A stretch of 64,000 nucleotides of DNA from Chiloscyllium plagiosum. Taxonomy: Eukaryota. The position numbers and the translations under genes are program-made. The notes under the pieces are model-generated. The model did no database searches and had not been told where the DNA came from. It saw nothing but the letters and a program-made list of their open reading frames with translations. The stretch covers positions 33,629,473 through 33,693,472 of the forward strand of contig NC_057733.1 of the NCBI RefSeq assembly GCF_004010195.1. The letters run 5' to 3'. Below, in pieces: positions 1-12,334 of this stretch; positions within the stretch are counted from its first letter, which is position 1, and every line of letters begins with the position of its first letter.

Positions 1-464
1 GAGCCAGACACACCAGAGTCGTTGACCTCCCACATCAAGCACATAGCACACTGAACCAGCTTGGCAGTCATGTCTTCACCCTCTTCAACTGTGGCATAAT
101 CACTTCACTCAACCTTCTTGTCAAAGTCTCCTGAGCTAAAGCCTCACTCTTCAATCCACAGAAACTTCCTTGGACCCTCTTTTTGGGGCAAGTCTGTGGA
201 CTTTTAATTTAGGTTAGAGAAGGAGGGTGGGAGGGATGCCCTACTTTGTAGGACCTGGGGTCTAGAACACATCCACTCAAATAACAATCACTTACCTTCC
301 CGACCGGCTTTGCGCTCCGACTTCACTTCCGCCCAGCTCCCGCCGTTCTCTGCTGCAAAAAGACCATTGGCGTTGAGGTAAGTTCTTGAAAAACAATCAC
401 TTACCTTCCCGACCGGCTTTACGTTCCGACTTCACTGCCACCCAGCACCTGCCATTCTCTGCTG
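1..464 (-). mobile_element. CR1 LINE 5' end: 5'UTR and start of ORF1 (runs off the window)
   Basis: Minus-strand ATG at 71 gives MTAKLVQCAMCLMWEVNDSGVSG, matching the CxxCxMWEV zinc-finger start typical of CR1 ORF1; the upstream UTR has a duplicated 73-bp unit. Confidence 0.75.
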
Positions 465-1074
465 TTAATATTAACAGCGATTATGTTAATTCCTTGAAGA
501 ATAAATCACAACAAGTCGGAATATCATATTTTGGAAGGAAATGTGTTGAGGAAGAGTTATTTAAGGATTTGTAAAGATGTTTGTGAGATAGCCCAAGAGA
601 CAGTGAATAAATATTTTTAATATGTCATGGGAAATTAAGCTATTTGATTAATTCTGATGCATACGTATACAAATATGAGCTAAATTATAATAGATTATAC
701 AGATGTCACGCTCTAAATCACATTTAATCTAATGTAACATTTTCTGTTGTTCTTAATACAATGCCAGAATATCTTGAATTTCTTCATTCATCCCACAATC
801 AGTAGGTCCATTCTGGCCCTTGGCTGACATGAACATTTAAGAATGCAGAATGATTAACAGTTCCAAGTTCTTGTTTAAGCAGGAAATTGGCCAAATTTGC
901 AGTCTTTAATCCAGCAGTTTACAACCTGTCACTTATCTATCATCTGCTGCTATAGAGAAGCACAAAATATACCTCTTTTTCAATGTGAAAAGGTCAGCTC
1001 CTTTCGGGGAAGTTTGTAATGTTTTCGATTAGTCAAGACAGCAGAGTAAGGGATGAGTGTTTTAAGATGCCAAG

Positions 1075-1200
1075 ACTACATTTAAGCTAGGTATCAGCAA
1101 ATATTCCTTTGAGGGGAATCAATAACTGGAATAAGTTACCATGAACAGTAGTTGAGACTCAAGAATTGAACTCACTTAAAAAACACCTAGATGTCACCAT
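1075..1200 (+). mobile_element. Ancient CR1/L2-type LINE ORF2 C-terminal remnant
   Basis: Translates INNWNKLP*TVVETQELNSLKKHLDV, like the WNxLPxxVVEAxxxxxFKxxLD end of CR1 ORF2. Confidence 0.55.
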
Positions 1201-1589
1201 GGAAAGATAATTGGCTTGCTACTGTGGAAAGATGGAATCAAAAGGGCTGGAGGGCTTTGAGAACTTTTATCTTCCAAGCCTATATAATGCTTCTTTGCAA
1301 TACATGCAACTCAATAACTGTTATGGACCATGGACAAAGACAGAAGTGACAAAAAGTTAATTTTTCTGGATGTGACGACAGGAAAGTTAAAACCTGTCCA
1401 AAACAAAGGATTTCGTAAATGACGTTTTCCCTCTACTAATTTCACGCTTTGAGCAGAAATCAACCTTGTATGCTGGAGGATGACTCCTTACAAGGTTATT
1501 GCTCAGATTGATCTCCTGTTGAGCTGAACTTTGAGCATCATATTTGATCCATTACAAATACTGCCTATTTCCAGCTTGGCATTGGCCAA

Positions 1590-1653
1590 CGTCGAATCTT
1601 CTGTTCCCTAGATGCTGCCTGACCTGCTGTGCTGTTCCAGCAATAAAGTTTCA
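1590..1653 (+). mobile_element. Penelope-like terminal-repeat fragment with 11-bp TSD
   Basis: Contains cgtcgaatc...gatgctgcctgacctgctgtgctgttccagc; flanked by gcattggccaa at 1579-1589 and 1654-1664. Confidence 0.8.
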
Positions 1654-3054
1654 GCATTGGCCAAACCTACCTGATTAGATATGATAGGTTAAAGTATCCA
1701 ATATGTTACATTTGGGCAATTAATGCTTTGGCCTTTCATGTATGTAAAGGGCTTGGTACAGATGACATTGGCTAAAACACAATGTGGTAAAATTTGCATG
1801 CAGGATAGAACATGCCCATGATCTGAGATGCATGCTCCAGGTGGAATGAATATAGACTATGGCAAGCTGCAGCTGATTTAGATTGACATGTCAAATTTGT
1901 TTTTTTTAAATATTTCCACGTCTCTTCAGTTGACTACTTTGTAATAAGCTGCATAGAGGTCTTTTGTCACCTCACCCTCCTTCACTCCCAAGGGAGGGCA
2001 GTGGTGGAGTACGCATTGCCTTTCTGGCAATATGGCAGTTTGCCAGCGGCAGGAAAAGTAGAGAACAACCTTCCAACTGTACCATTCAAGTGACCAATTA
2101 TGTGTGTCTTCTTGTTGCTGCTGGCATTTTACCAGGTGTACATGAAACCTCCGCTGTGTGGAGGATTGCCTGGTAAAATCAAGAGGCTTCCCTCCAGACC
2201 TAAGTGGTGGGGCTCCTTCTAATCAGGCATCCTGTGCACAGAGGGGTCATCTGGCTACAAGCTTGTTCCTACAGTAACACCCTCCTTGCCTTAACCAACC
2301 ATCCTCCCTCCCATCTTGTCATTGCCTATCTGACTGGCGGAAGACACCCAAGCTGGGCTCCTGACCTCTGACCTGACAAAATCCTGACCATTGCTGGAAA
2401 GCGATGAACTGTGATTGTGGCACAAATGTTCAGAAGTAAGGCTTTTCCACTGCACTTTGACGTGCAACTCATCATCCAATTCCAGTGAAAGATTCCTGCT
2501 TGTGGTTGGAGCAATGAGAGGGCATCAGGATATTTTTACATCCTGAGATGAAGTTACATGTATTTCCCAGCTGAACTTTAACAGAAAACTCAGAGTGAAT
2601 TCGAACCCTGCTCTTGGGGCTCCATTTCATTTAGATATTGCCTAGGTCCATCTCATCCTGAAGTTTATTTAATTGGAAATACATGTATTGTAGGTTTAAA
2701 ACTTGTTGCAAAATTGGATCTGTGACAAATTATCATCACTTACATTCATCTCCTGAGGGTTTCTTAAACTGGGACAAAATCAAAGTCACCCTGAAGCAAA
2801 GATGAATTGTTCATGTTGGAAATGTTTTGATGAAGCAAACCTTAGTCCACAAGTTATTTGCACAAGAACGTATTGCCAATCCCCATCATTACAGATTAAT
2901 GATTAAGTAGAATATTGCCCTAAATTATCAATTTGTCACTTTACTGTTAAGCTAGTGCTCTGAGACAGATATTTACCTACTTGTATTTGACAACTGTTGC
3001 TGAAAAGGAAAAAGTCTGTTTTCTTTTCCAGAAAGGTCATAGATACTAAACACT

Positions 3055-3380
3055 AAAAGTGCCAGAGATATACAGCAGGTCTGGCAGCATCTCTGGAGAG
3101 AGGAGTTGAGTTAATGTTTTGAGTCCAATATGTCTCTTCCTCAGAGGTCACAGTGGATTCAAAACTTGATCTTTATTTCTCTCCACAGGTGCTGCCAGAC
3201 CTGCTGACAAGTCCAGTATGATGCTTCTTCTGAAGCCTTAGTGCTGTAGGAAACAAATCATACTGGATTTAAAGCCTTAATTCTGTTTCTGTCTCCACAA
3301 AGCCGACCAGATCTGTTTTGTTTCTCCAGTACTTTCTGTGATTGTTTCAAATTTCCAATGTCTGCAGTATTTTGCTTTTA
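3055..3380. mobile_element. Old Penelope-like terminal repeats in inverted/tandem arrangement (second family)
   Basis: cagcaggtctggcagcatc followed by tgctgccagacctgctg and a tctgcagtattttgctttt tail. Confidence 0.65.
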
Positions 3381-3489
3381 TTTGAATATGACTTGGAGGA
3401 AACATTCCGATGGTAATGTTCCCATGTTTCTGCTGCCCTTGTCCTCCCATGTTTCTGCTGCCCTTGTCCTCCTAGGTGATATAGATCAT

Positions 3490-4615
3490 GAACAAAAACA
3501 GAAATTGCTGGAAAAACTGAGCAGGTCTGGTAGCAACTGAGCAGAGAAAGCAGAGTTAATGTTTTGGGTCCAGTGATCCCGCTTCAGAATTGATTGTAGC
3601 TGGGAAAAATTGGAATATTAGATTAGATTAGATTAGATTACATTACATTACAGTGTGGAAACAGGCCCTTCGGCCCAACAAGTCCACACTGACCCGCCGA
3701 AGCGCAACCCACCCATACCCCTACATTTACTCCTTATTACCTAACACTACGGGCAATTTAACATGGCCAATTCACCTGACCTGCACATCTTTGAACCCGA
3801 GCACCCGGAGGAAACCCACGCAGACATGGGGAGAATGTGCAAACTCCACACAGTCAGTCGCCTGAGTTGGGAATTGAACCCGGGTCTCGGGTGCTGTGAG
3901 GCAGCAGTGCTAACCACTGAGCCACCGTGCCGCCCATATGTGCTGAAGTTGGGGTAATGGGGGGGGAAGTGTAAGGAATAAACACTATTTGGAGCTGGAA
4001 CCCAGAGAGAGAAAAACAGTTGGCAGACAAAGGTCATCCTGGGAGAATTGCTAACTGCTAATGGGGACCATTTAGTGGCTGACAATGGGTTATGCATGGT
4101 AGCAGCCCATTTGATGACAAGGCCTGGTGTGTCAGGTACGACATGATATTGAACTCTTCACCTGTTGCCTTCACCTCCATGCCCATTTCTTTGGACAAGA
4201 GTCCCCTTTCCATCCCACAGCCTCTAACACCTCCCTCCACCTGAACCCCCTCCCTCTGGCCTTTTACCTGCACTTGACCTGTTCATTGACACCTGTTTAC
4301 AGGACATTGTCACCACAATTTCTCTGCCTCCCAGAACCACACCCTGCCCCCCATTCTCCCCTCATCCATTCAAACCTACCTCCCTCTGAACTGACTGCAC
4401 TTCATGCTCTCACATCAAACCTAATGGCAAGGGTGGGGCTGTTGTTGTCTGGAGGACTGACTCCCCCAGTTACCTTCACTAGACATCCTGATTCCTGTAA
4501 AAGCTCCATACCATTCTCCCAATTTCTCTGTCTCTGTTTCAATGATGCCAACTTTGAAAAGTGGGCCTCCAAAATGTCCACCACGTTCTTTAACAGATGG
4601 ATTCCCCACAACTGT
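3490..4615. mobile_element. Penelope-like element: inverted terminal repeat plus deleted ORF fragment, interrupted by a SINE
   Basis: Minus-strand terminal repeat from 3490 resumes after the SINE at 3936; plus-strand ORF remnant has HPDSCKSSIPFSQFL, the PLE RT-thumb-region motif also seen at 48250. Confidence 0.75.
3617..3935 (-). mobile_element. HE1-type tRNA-derived SINE
   Basis: Reverse-complement head gggcggcacggtggctcagtggttagcactgctgcc (A box), ggttcaattccc B box, CR1-like 3' end with (TGTAA)n(TCTAA)n tail; small internal deletion relative to the other copies. Confidence 0.9.
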
Positions 4616-5274
4616 AAATATCAAATGGCTTGTTGGCTGTGACTTAGAAAGGGTACACTGAACATTTCAAATCTGATCAAACAGAGTTTTCATAAATTTA
4701 CAAATCAGTGTAATAAGGCATTTTTACTTTTATCAATGTTATTGCAAATCTGTTCATCTTAGATATTTGAGAAAAACACATCAATTTGGATTTAAACTTA
4801 GTTAATACCATTTCATTCTAATCCTTTATATTGCCCCAATATTCATATTAACAACAGGAATCCAGTGAAATGTGAAGCCTATCAGTTGTCTGCAAAACCC
4901 AGTAAACCACAACATTCCCTAAACATTTGATAACAGGTCAAGTTTAAGACAGGAGAATCTATTAAAATGTCAAAGTGAGAGATAGGTAGACATCACAAAT
5001 AATCTCTAGTCTGCACTGCGGCTTCATTAAACTTCTTGTGTAGAGTTTTAGACAGGTACTTCATTGTTAAGACAAGCTAGAAAACTCTTTAATCACTGCG
5101 AACCATTCAAATAATTCATGGCTATTCTTTAGAGTTTACTTTTCCCTCAAATAAATGGAAGCATGCATCCTTCTAGATTCTTCAGTCAGAATTGCTTTTT
5201 ATCCTGCTACATGTCACTTTTGCCAGTCTTCTGCCATGATCACTTCCATTTAAATAAACAGTGAAATACCTCAC

Positions 5275-5738
5275 AGTAGTGACTGTAATGAGGTCAGCTA
5301 AGTGGACCTCATAGAATATGAGTTCGCTGATTGGGGCTGTTAACCTGGTCCAATCAGGGAGCCCTGATTGAATGATAAGAACAGGAGGGTTAATGGGCTT
5401 TGTGTGTTAATGGTTCACATGGGTAATTTTTCCTGATAGTGAAAATATAAAGTTCTTGCACAATGTTATCTTTTTACTGAGTCGTTGCACATTCACATAC
5501 AGCCATGGATGATGTGGGAAAATATAAGCACTACAGCTGGGGCCCCTTTGGGTGCAAAAAAAAGAGAAAGGAAGAAAGGAAAAGAAAGAAAAAAAGAAAG
5601 AAAAATAGAACAGGAGTTCAAACATCATGTTCGCTCTGAGAGCTGGCTGTGAGGGAGCGTGATCAGTGTCAAGGACTCTCCATGAGTAGATAAAGGGTGA
5701 TTTGGAGACATGATACCAGTCTCTGTGGAGGTATTTCA
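5275..5738 (+). repeat. Gypsy 5' LTR (contains a 219-bp insertion)
   Basis: Aligns with 8204-8438 once 5388-5616 is removed; ends in CA. Confidence 0.85.
5388..5606 (+). mobile_element. A-tailed retroposed insertion with 10-bp TSD
   Basis: agaacaggag at 5378-5387 and 5607-5616; ~50-nt A/GAAA-rich tail; absent from the 3' LTR. Confidence 0.75.
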
Positions 5739-8203
5739 GTGGTAATGAGAAAAAAAGCACGCTCCTGCAGAAATTCAATCGCAATAGTCATCTTTGAGTT
5801 GGGATAAGCATTTCTGGCATCATGCTGTTAGTTGGGAAGCTGGAATTGTTTAATCCTGCTGTGTCGAAGACAGGGCCCAGTATGTGGAAAGAATGCGTTA
5901 ACTTTTTTCCAGACAAATGACACTGAGGGAGATGAAAAGCAATGAGTAATCCTTCTGACAGCTTGCCGACCTGCAGCTTTTGTGGTTATTAGGAGCCTAA
6001 CTTTCCCTGAGGCACCAGAAACTAAAACCATGACAAGTTGACCGATTTAGTTAAGGAATATTTCGACTCCAAACTTTCTTTAATTCTGAGATGGTATCAG
6101 TTTGACTCAGCAATTCGAGAAACAGGGGAATCTGTATCAGGATTCTTGACTCGGTTAAGACAACTGGCAGAGGCATGTGACTTTGGTTTAACCTTTAGTG
6201 AGATGCTGAGAGACTATTGGGAATGTGGGATTAATGATGCAACCATGTAAAAGCATCTACTGGCTGAAACCCAACTGGATTTCAAACACGCATGATAACA
6301 GGCTTTGTTATTGGAAAATGTGACAAATAGAGCGTATGAGTTGTAGGGTATTCCGATATGACTGAGCTTGGGTAACAGCGCTTGAGTGCAGGTAATTGCA
6401 TAGCCTCAATCAGGACATATCCTGAACAGAGGGACTGTAGGTCAGCCCACAGCAAAACCCCAAAACAAAATCAAGCCTCGGCCAAACAGATAAAATTTTC
6501 TTCTGTGTAAGGGCCAGCCAGCCATTGCAGTTGCTGCTGATATGCGGATTTGAGAAAGCAAAAGAGTCCCACTAGATCTAAATTGAGTAAGCAAACTTAC
6601 AGGCTGGTATCCAAGGAGATTGCACACCCTGGAAAGTTTGTCGACATCTAGTTTGGATCTAATTCTGTGTGTATTATTACAAGTTGGAAGACCGTCCAGG
6701 AGGCCAAGTAGCAAAAGAAGATGCATCGAATCACCTCCCACTAGCAGATACACCATTGATGGTACCGCCACTAGTGAAGTCTAAAAAGGTTTTAAATTTT
6801 CTGGACACGCTTCCAGTCACAGCTGACAATATCAGACTTTGGAGACAGAAAGATCCGGTCCTGGCAAAATTGAAACAGTTGGTGAAGATGGGAGAAACCA
6901 AAGAGCTGTCACAACCAGATTTGAAACCTTTTTTTGACTCCGAGAGACCAGATCACAATAGAGGATGGCATATTATTATGGGGAGCAAGAATGATTGTCC
7001 TGAGCAAAGGTCACTGCCAGATACTGGCTGAACGATACCAGAGTCATCTAAAGGTTTCCAAAATGAAGATGCCAGCAAGAGGTTATGTTTGGTGGCTGAG
7101 ATTGGATGAACACGTAGCCATGTTGGTGAGGCAGTCCCGAGAGTGCCCACAAGGACAAATATTACCACCAGCCACTTCCCCACCTTCATGGAGATGGCTG
7201 GGTAAGCCCTCGACTTGGTTACACATTGACTATGCAGGTCCTCTCATGGATTCAATGTTCTGAGTCATTGTGGACACCCATTCAAAATGGCTGAATGTAC
7301 ATAAAGTTCATTTGTGAAACACAGGAATGATGATAGAAAAAATATGTGCATCTTTATGCAACATACAGACTCCTGGAAATATTGGGCACAGATAACTGGC
7401 CATCATTTAGCAACAGGGTGTTTGAGTATTTTCTAAAATTGAATGGTATTTGACATATAAGAATGGCTCCTTACTATTCGTCATTCAATGGTCTGGCAGA
7501 TGGTGCAGACCAAACTTTGAAGGCAGGCTAAAAAAAGAGCCTATGGCTTCATTTGATAAAAAAAAGGTCCTGGTTCCTATTTAATTTTTAGACCACCTTC
7601 ATGCAACTCCAGGGATAGCTCCAGCAAAGTTGCTAATGGGGAGAAGACTGTGCACCAATTTAAATCTGATCTTTCCTGACTTGGAGGAGGATGAAATGGG
7701 ATCAGGAACACCAATGCCAGACACAAGACTCTGCTAAATGAGAGAGACAGTTTACTTCATGGGATAAAGTTTGGTATAGGGACCATGGGAATGGCTCTGC
7801 ATGGGGAAGAAGCAAGGAGGACTCGAGGTCAGTTCCAGTGACATAAAAGATTAGGGTAGTGAGGCGGTCCTGAACAAGTGTGTGGGCCATATGAAAGCTG
7901 CAAACTCACAATTGGTGCAGGAGCACACCACGCTCAACTGCACTTCCGACTCTTCCAGAACCCATGGATTCTCCCATTCGGTCAAGCGTTGAAGGTCCCT
8001 CAGAATCTAAGATGGACACGGTGCCGCCTTGATGCCTTTGCCACCTGAAGAAGAGAATGAAATTTTCCAAGACACTCCAGATACAAGAAGCGAGCTGATG
8101 TGCATTACACCCCCCCCAAATCAGAGTCAGGATTGACCAGACCAGGTGCTAAAACGCCCCAGGAAGAGTTACAAAGAAAAAGATCTAGTCAGAGGGGGAG
8201 GGA

Positions 8204-8438
8204 TGTACTGATTGTAATAACGTTAACCAGGTGGACCTCATAGAATATGAGTACCCTGACTGGACTGGATTAACAGCCTCAATCAGGGAGCCCTGTTGAG
8301 AGATAAGGATAGGAATGTCAGACATTATGTTCACTCTGAGTGCTGGTTCTGCTGGAGCTGGATCAATGTTAAGGACTGTCCAAGTATAAATAAAGGGTAA
8401 CTTGGTGATGGTATACAGGCCTCTGTGGAGTCATTTCA
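8204..8438 (+). repeat. Gypsy 3' LTR
   Basis: TG...CA ends, immediately after the PPT, contains AATAAA. Confidence 0.85.
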
Positions 8439-9067
8439 TCCACAAAATGGCAGCACACAAGACAATCAAATGTCCCCTTATCTGACACAATCTACTTTCC
8501 TGTTTTCTTTCCTATGCCAACCATTATTTTATAGATAGATTTGAATCAACCCGGTGAGAGATGTTGTACACAGCTCTGGAGCAGGTGTGACTCTAACCCA
8601 GGCCTCCTGGCTCAGAGATAGGTCACTACGACTCTGCTAAAAGAGCCCTAAGTATTATTGTTTTTAATTCCTTTGTAAAGTATGTCCAATTTCTGCTGAT
8701 AAGTATGATAAGCATCATTAGGTAAATATCACTATAGTTTCTCTCTAGATTTTTCTTGGAAGCTATCACATTGGATTTTTGATGCATTAGTTAGAGGAAG
8801 TTACTTCACTGTATTAACTATATTGTTGAAGTACATCAAAGCATCAGGTCAGAACACTCAGTCTGACCGCAATTATTTAGAAATGATTATTTCTGTTCAT
8901 TGTGATTAATCTTTGTCAATTCTGTTTCTTTCATGAAACAAAGTAACATTTTGAAACAATTTTCTTGAAAGCTGCAGTTTCCTTTCACCACCAGTCAATA
9001 CTATATCAGTTCTTTGTTTTGCTAATCTAGATGCAGGTTTTTACATGAAGAAACATTAAGTTCTGAT

Positions 9068-9650
9068 GATGTTGTGGCTTTAAGAGGTGTGTTAGGAGGT
9101 GAGATTGGGGGTCAGGTGATGAGCAGTCTATGACAATGACTTGTCCGGCCTTGAGTGTTTTTTTTAAAAGCTAAACCAATAGAAGCAGCTTGAATGGATG
9201 AGGCCAAGCTCCCAGCTATTTAGTTTTCAACAGCAGTTACTGTTGGAGTCTTGAAGAAGTGGAAGCTATTTATCCCTCTCTCAATTATAGCTAAAAGTTG
9301 TGGGTTCTCTATGTGGGCTGCTGTGTTTGATGTGAGACAAGATCTGTTTTATGATTTTTTGTTTTGCCAAGGGTATGTTTATGGGATGTTACTGTAGTGG
9401 AACAGTTAAGTTAGTAATAGTTACTGTATCTAATATTCTGTTACATTTTTCAATAGAGTTAAGTTATTCTAAGTTCTTCTCTCTTTTGTTGTATTTTAAC
9501 TATAGTGCATGAATAAATTGTGTTTTGGTCAACATCGAGTAGTTTGACCAATTGAATTGCATCTGGAACACAGCGCCACCTTTAAATTTAAAGTCAGATC
9601 TCTGCTACCTTCTTAATATATTTTGAGAGGGTCAGGTCTGGTCCATAATG
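9068..9650 (+). mobile_element. Probable solo LTR of another LTR retrotransposon
   Basis: TG start, T-rich body, AATAAA at ~9512, ends ggtctggtccataa; recognised by general resemblance only. Confidence 0.4.
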
Positions 9651-9931
9651 AAGTATATTTTAAATATGTTGCTGCAGATAGTTTCATATAATTGTTAGGT
9701 TGGTGATAAAGCATGATGGTAGGATGCTATTCTGGAGCATAAACATGGGAAACAATTAGTTAGACCCAATGGCCCATTCTGAGTTGCATCATCCATGAAA
9801 CGCTCTCACAATTATCCCTTCATTGAATTTACTTCCAGGCAGATTAATTTGTAGATGAGCATTTCGCCTTCATAACCATTTGATTTGGTTTCAGTCATTT
9901 CTCCTGTGCTCTCCATACAGCATGCTAGCTC

Positions 9932-10030
9932 AGAAACAAAAATTGAAACTGCTGGAAAAGCTCAGCAGGTCTAGCAGTATCCATGGAGAGAAATTAGAGT
10001 TAATGTTTCAGGTCAAGTGACTCTTCTTCA
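9932..10030 (-). mobile_element. Penelope-like terminal-repeat fragment
   Basis: gctggaaaagctcagcaggtctagcagtatcc...gagttaatgtttcaggtcaagtgactcttcttca, homologous to 3490-3590 and 54241-54352. Confidence 0.7.
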
Positions 10031-10844
10031 ATTTCACAGAAATTCCGTTCAGAGAAATTGTGTTTACACTCATGCTTTATCACCTCTGATAAGATCTTTC
10101 CAAACTGTCTGATATATCCTTTCCTTGTGTAACAAACTTATGCTCTTCTGTTAAAAAGTATAGTGACAACCACTTGTGATTATGTTTAGTGATTGACTAC
10201 CAGGGTAACCAAATTTCAAAGCATAAAGTCCAGTTAAACTCTGGGATCTAACTTGCCCACTATTAACATTGGCTCTGAGCATAACAGTAAAATATAATGA
10301 CAGAGATGGGCTGCAAAGTAGGAAATGTCAGTTATGACACATTTTAGATAAGGCTTTCAGAATTAATGCCTGGTATCCTAGACTTCCCTGCTGCTTTGTT
10401 AGAATCATGACACTTTATACATTGTGCAATATGAAGGAAATTGGAATTATTCCATAAATTATGGGGATGTTGCATTTTTATATCATATCCAATTGGGTAC
10501 AAACAGGAACCATTGTTTCTAGATAATAATTATGCTTCTTGTGTTAGTTCTGGTTGGACATGATTGCATTATCAGGATGTTTTAATATTTAATATTATCA
10601 GGATGTTTTAATATTATCCCATTTAATTCCATAGCTTTAAGCTTAGGGCAAATGATTTTTTTCTATGAAGCATTCCAATTAATGTGACGTTGATTGTTGT
10701 CAACAGTATTTTCATTGAAATAAAGAAATATCTTTGAGGTCATGGTAGTATTATGTCTTTTCTGAGCATTTCTTTGTGAATGAAAATTTTAGGAAGGCTG
10801 TAGTGTTTGGTTGTTGGCTTGCTGTGGCTAGTCAGTCCTATTGT

Positions 10845-11830
10845 GATCAGCGGATTCTCCCATAGAAGCTGCAAGTGATGCTGAAGTCAGTGCTGGGGAC
10901 ACCTGGATCTATTCTCCCCCTTCTCTGTATCTTGCTGACTCTTCTTTCAGCTTCAAAGATCTCTGTAGTTTTCCTAAAGTAGCATCTCCATGTATCACAA
11001 CCTGTGGCCTGTGCTTCAATGTGGCACATAAAGAGATACATGTTTGAGGAGCTCTTGAGATGTTTGCATTGTGCCCTTTTTGCCAATAAATAATGGTCAG
11101 GTCTCCAGGTAATGTGATGTCGGACAAATGACTCATCCATTTAGGCAACATGACCATGCAATGCAGTTGGCCTTGCAGAAGGATGCACTTGATGCTGGAG
11201 ATGTTGGCAGTTTCCAGGACTTCAATGTTTGTGATATGGTCTTGACGAAGCTGCAGAGGCAGTGTTGGTGATAGCAGTCTAGAAGACGCATATGTCGATG
11301 TTAAAGGACCCATGATCAGTGCTATACAGAAGGATGGTGTAGGCTATGGCTTTATAAACTTGATCAGTGCTTGAAGAGTTTAGTCTGTGCTTGCTACACA
11401 CTTGTTTGTAGAGTCGGTCAAATGTGATATTTGTTTCTAAAGGCCCATCTTGCTTGCCTTTAGTGGCATCAAACAAGATGATTCTGTCCAAGTGGGTCAG
11501 TTGCTTGACAGCATATGGCACACTTCCATTGATGACAATGCTTGGTGCTCTATGTTTAACTTGGGATACAGGCTGATGCAGGATCACAATTTTCTTTGAA
11601 TTTTTTTTAGTCTAAAGAGCTGTGCTACCTCAGAAAGTGTGTTGTTATAGGTTGCTGTGGGCAAGAAGAGTGCAGTCATCAGTGAAGTAAAGCTCACAGA
11701 TGAACTTTTCCTGTGTCTTTGTGTGAGCTTAAAAATGCCTGAAGTTGGAAAGACCTCCACAGTATTGTGCAAAGAGCACGGAGTGACAGCATAATTCTGA
11801 ATTATGGGGAAGCTGTCAGTTCAGCAGAAT
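10845..11830 (-). mobile_element. Degenerate RTE-clade LINE, RT C-terminal part
   Basis: ORF fragments ILHQP...VYKAIAYTILLYS and HITNIEVLETANISSIKCILLQGQL resemble RTE/BovB-type ORF ends; many frameshifts. Confidence 0.75.
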
Positions 11831-12334
11831 TGCATTACCCTCTTGGTATAATAATGTTTTATTGAGGTACGAGTAACAGAATCATTGGCCGTTTTAAATA
11901 ATTCACCAATGTTCTCATGACATTGACAGTGTAAGATTGGAAGGAAACTGATATTCAAAAACAGTACATAATGCTTTGATGGCCACCAGCAAACCAAACT
12001 GATGTTCCATTTTGTGTGCAGGTCTTGACAAAGTTCCAGCTGTGTCACAAACAATGGCCACACAAACCCTGTGGCCAAAATTAATTACAAATTTTGAATT
12101 ATTTATAATTAAATGAAGTTTAGAGCTGTGTTCTTGTCGTAGCATTTTTCAAATCTGCAAATTACCTCGGGAAAGAAAGTATGAGCCCATACAATCAGGT
12201 CCAATTTATGCACAGCCCTTTTTATTATTTACAATTCTGTGTCTTATCTGTGAGAAGAAGGTTGAATCTTCAAGAAACATTGATCAGTTCAAGTCTGTTA
12301 GAATGTCAGCTCATTTATAGTTTCACTAGTGCAC

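Larger units (their letters stand above)
5275..8438 (+). mobile_element. Degenerate Gypsy LTR retrotransposon with two LTRs, gag and integrase; PR-RT-RNaseH mostly deleted
   Basis: Homologous LTRs at 5275-5738 and 8204-8438 (ggacctcatagaatatgagt...aatcagggagccctg...ctctgtggag..atttca); PBS-like gtggtaatgag at 5739; PPT agagggggaggga at 8191-8203; gag RETGESVSGFLTRLRQLAEACDFG; integrase ARGYVWW...WLHIDYAGP. Confidence 0.9.

Noticed and set aside
3420-3472. Short tandem duplications (25 bp here; also ~10568-10617 and 38890-38917)
   Set aside because: Ordinary slippage/repair duplications with no further structure.
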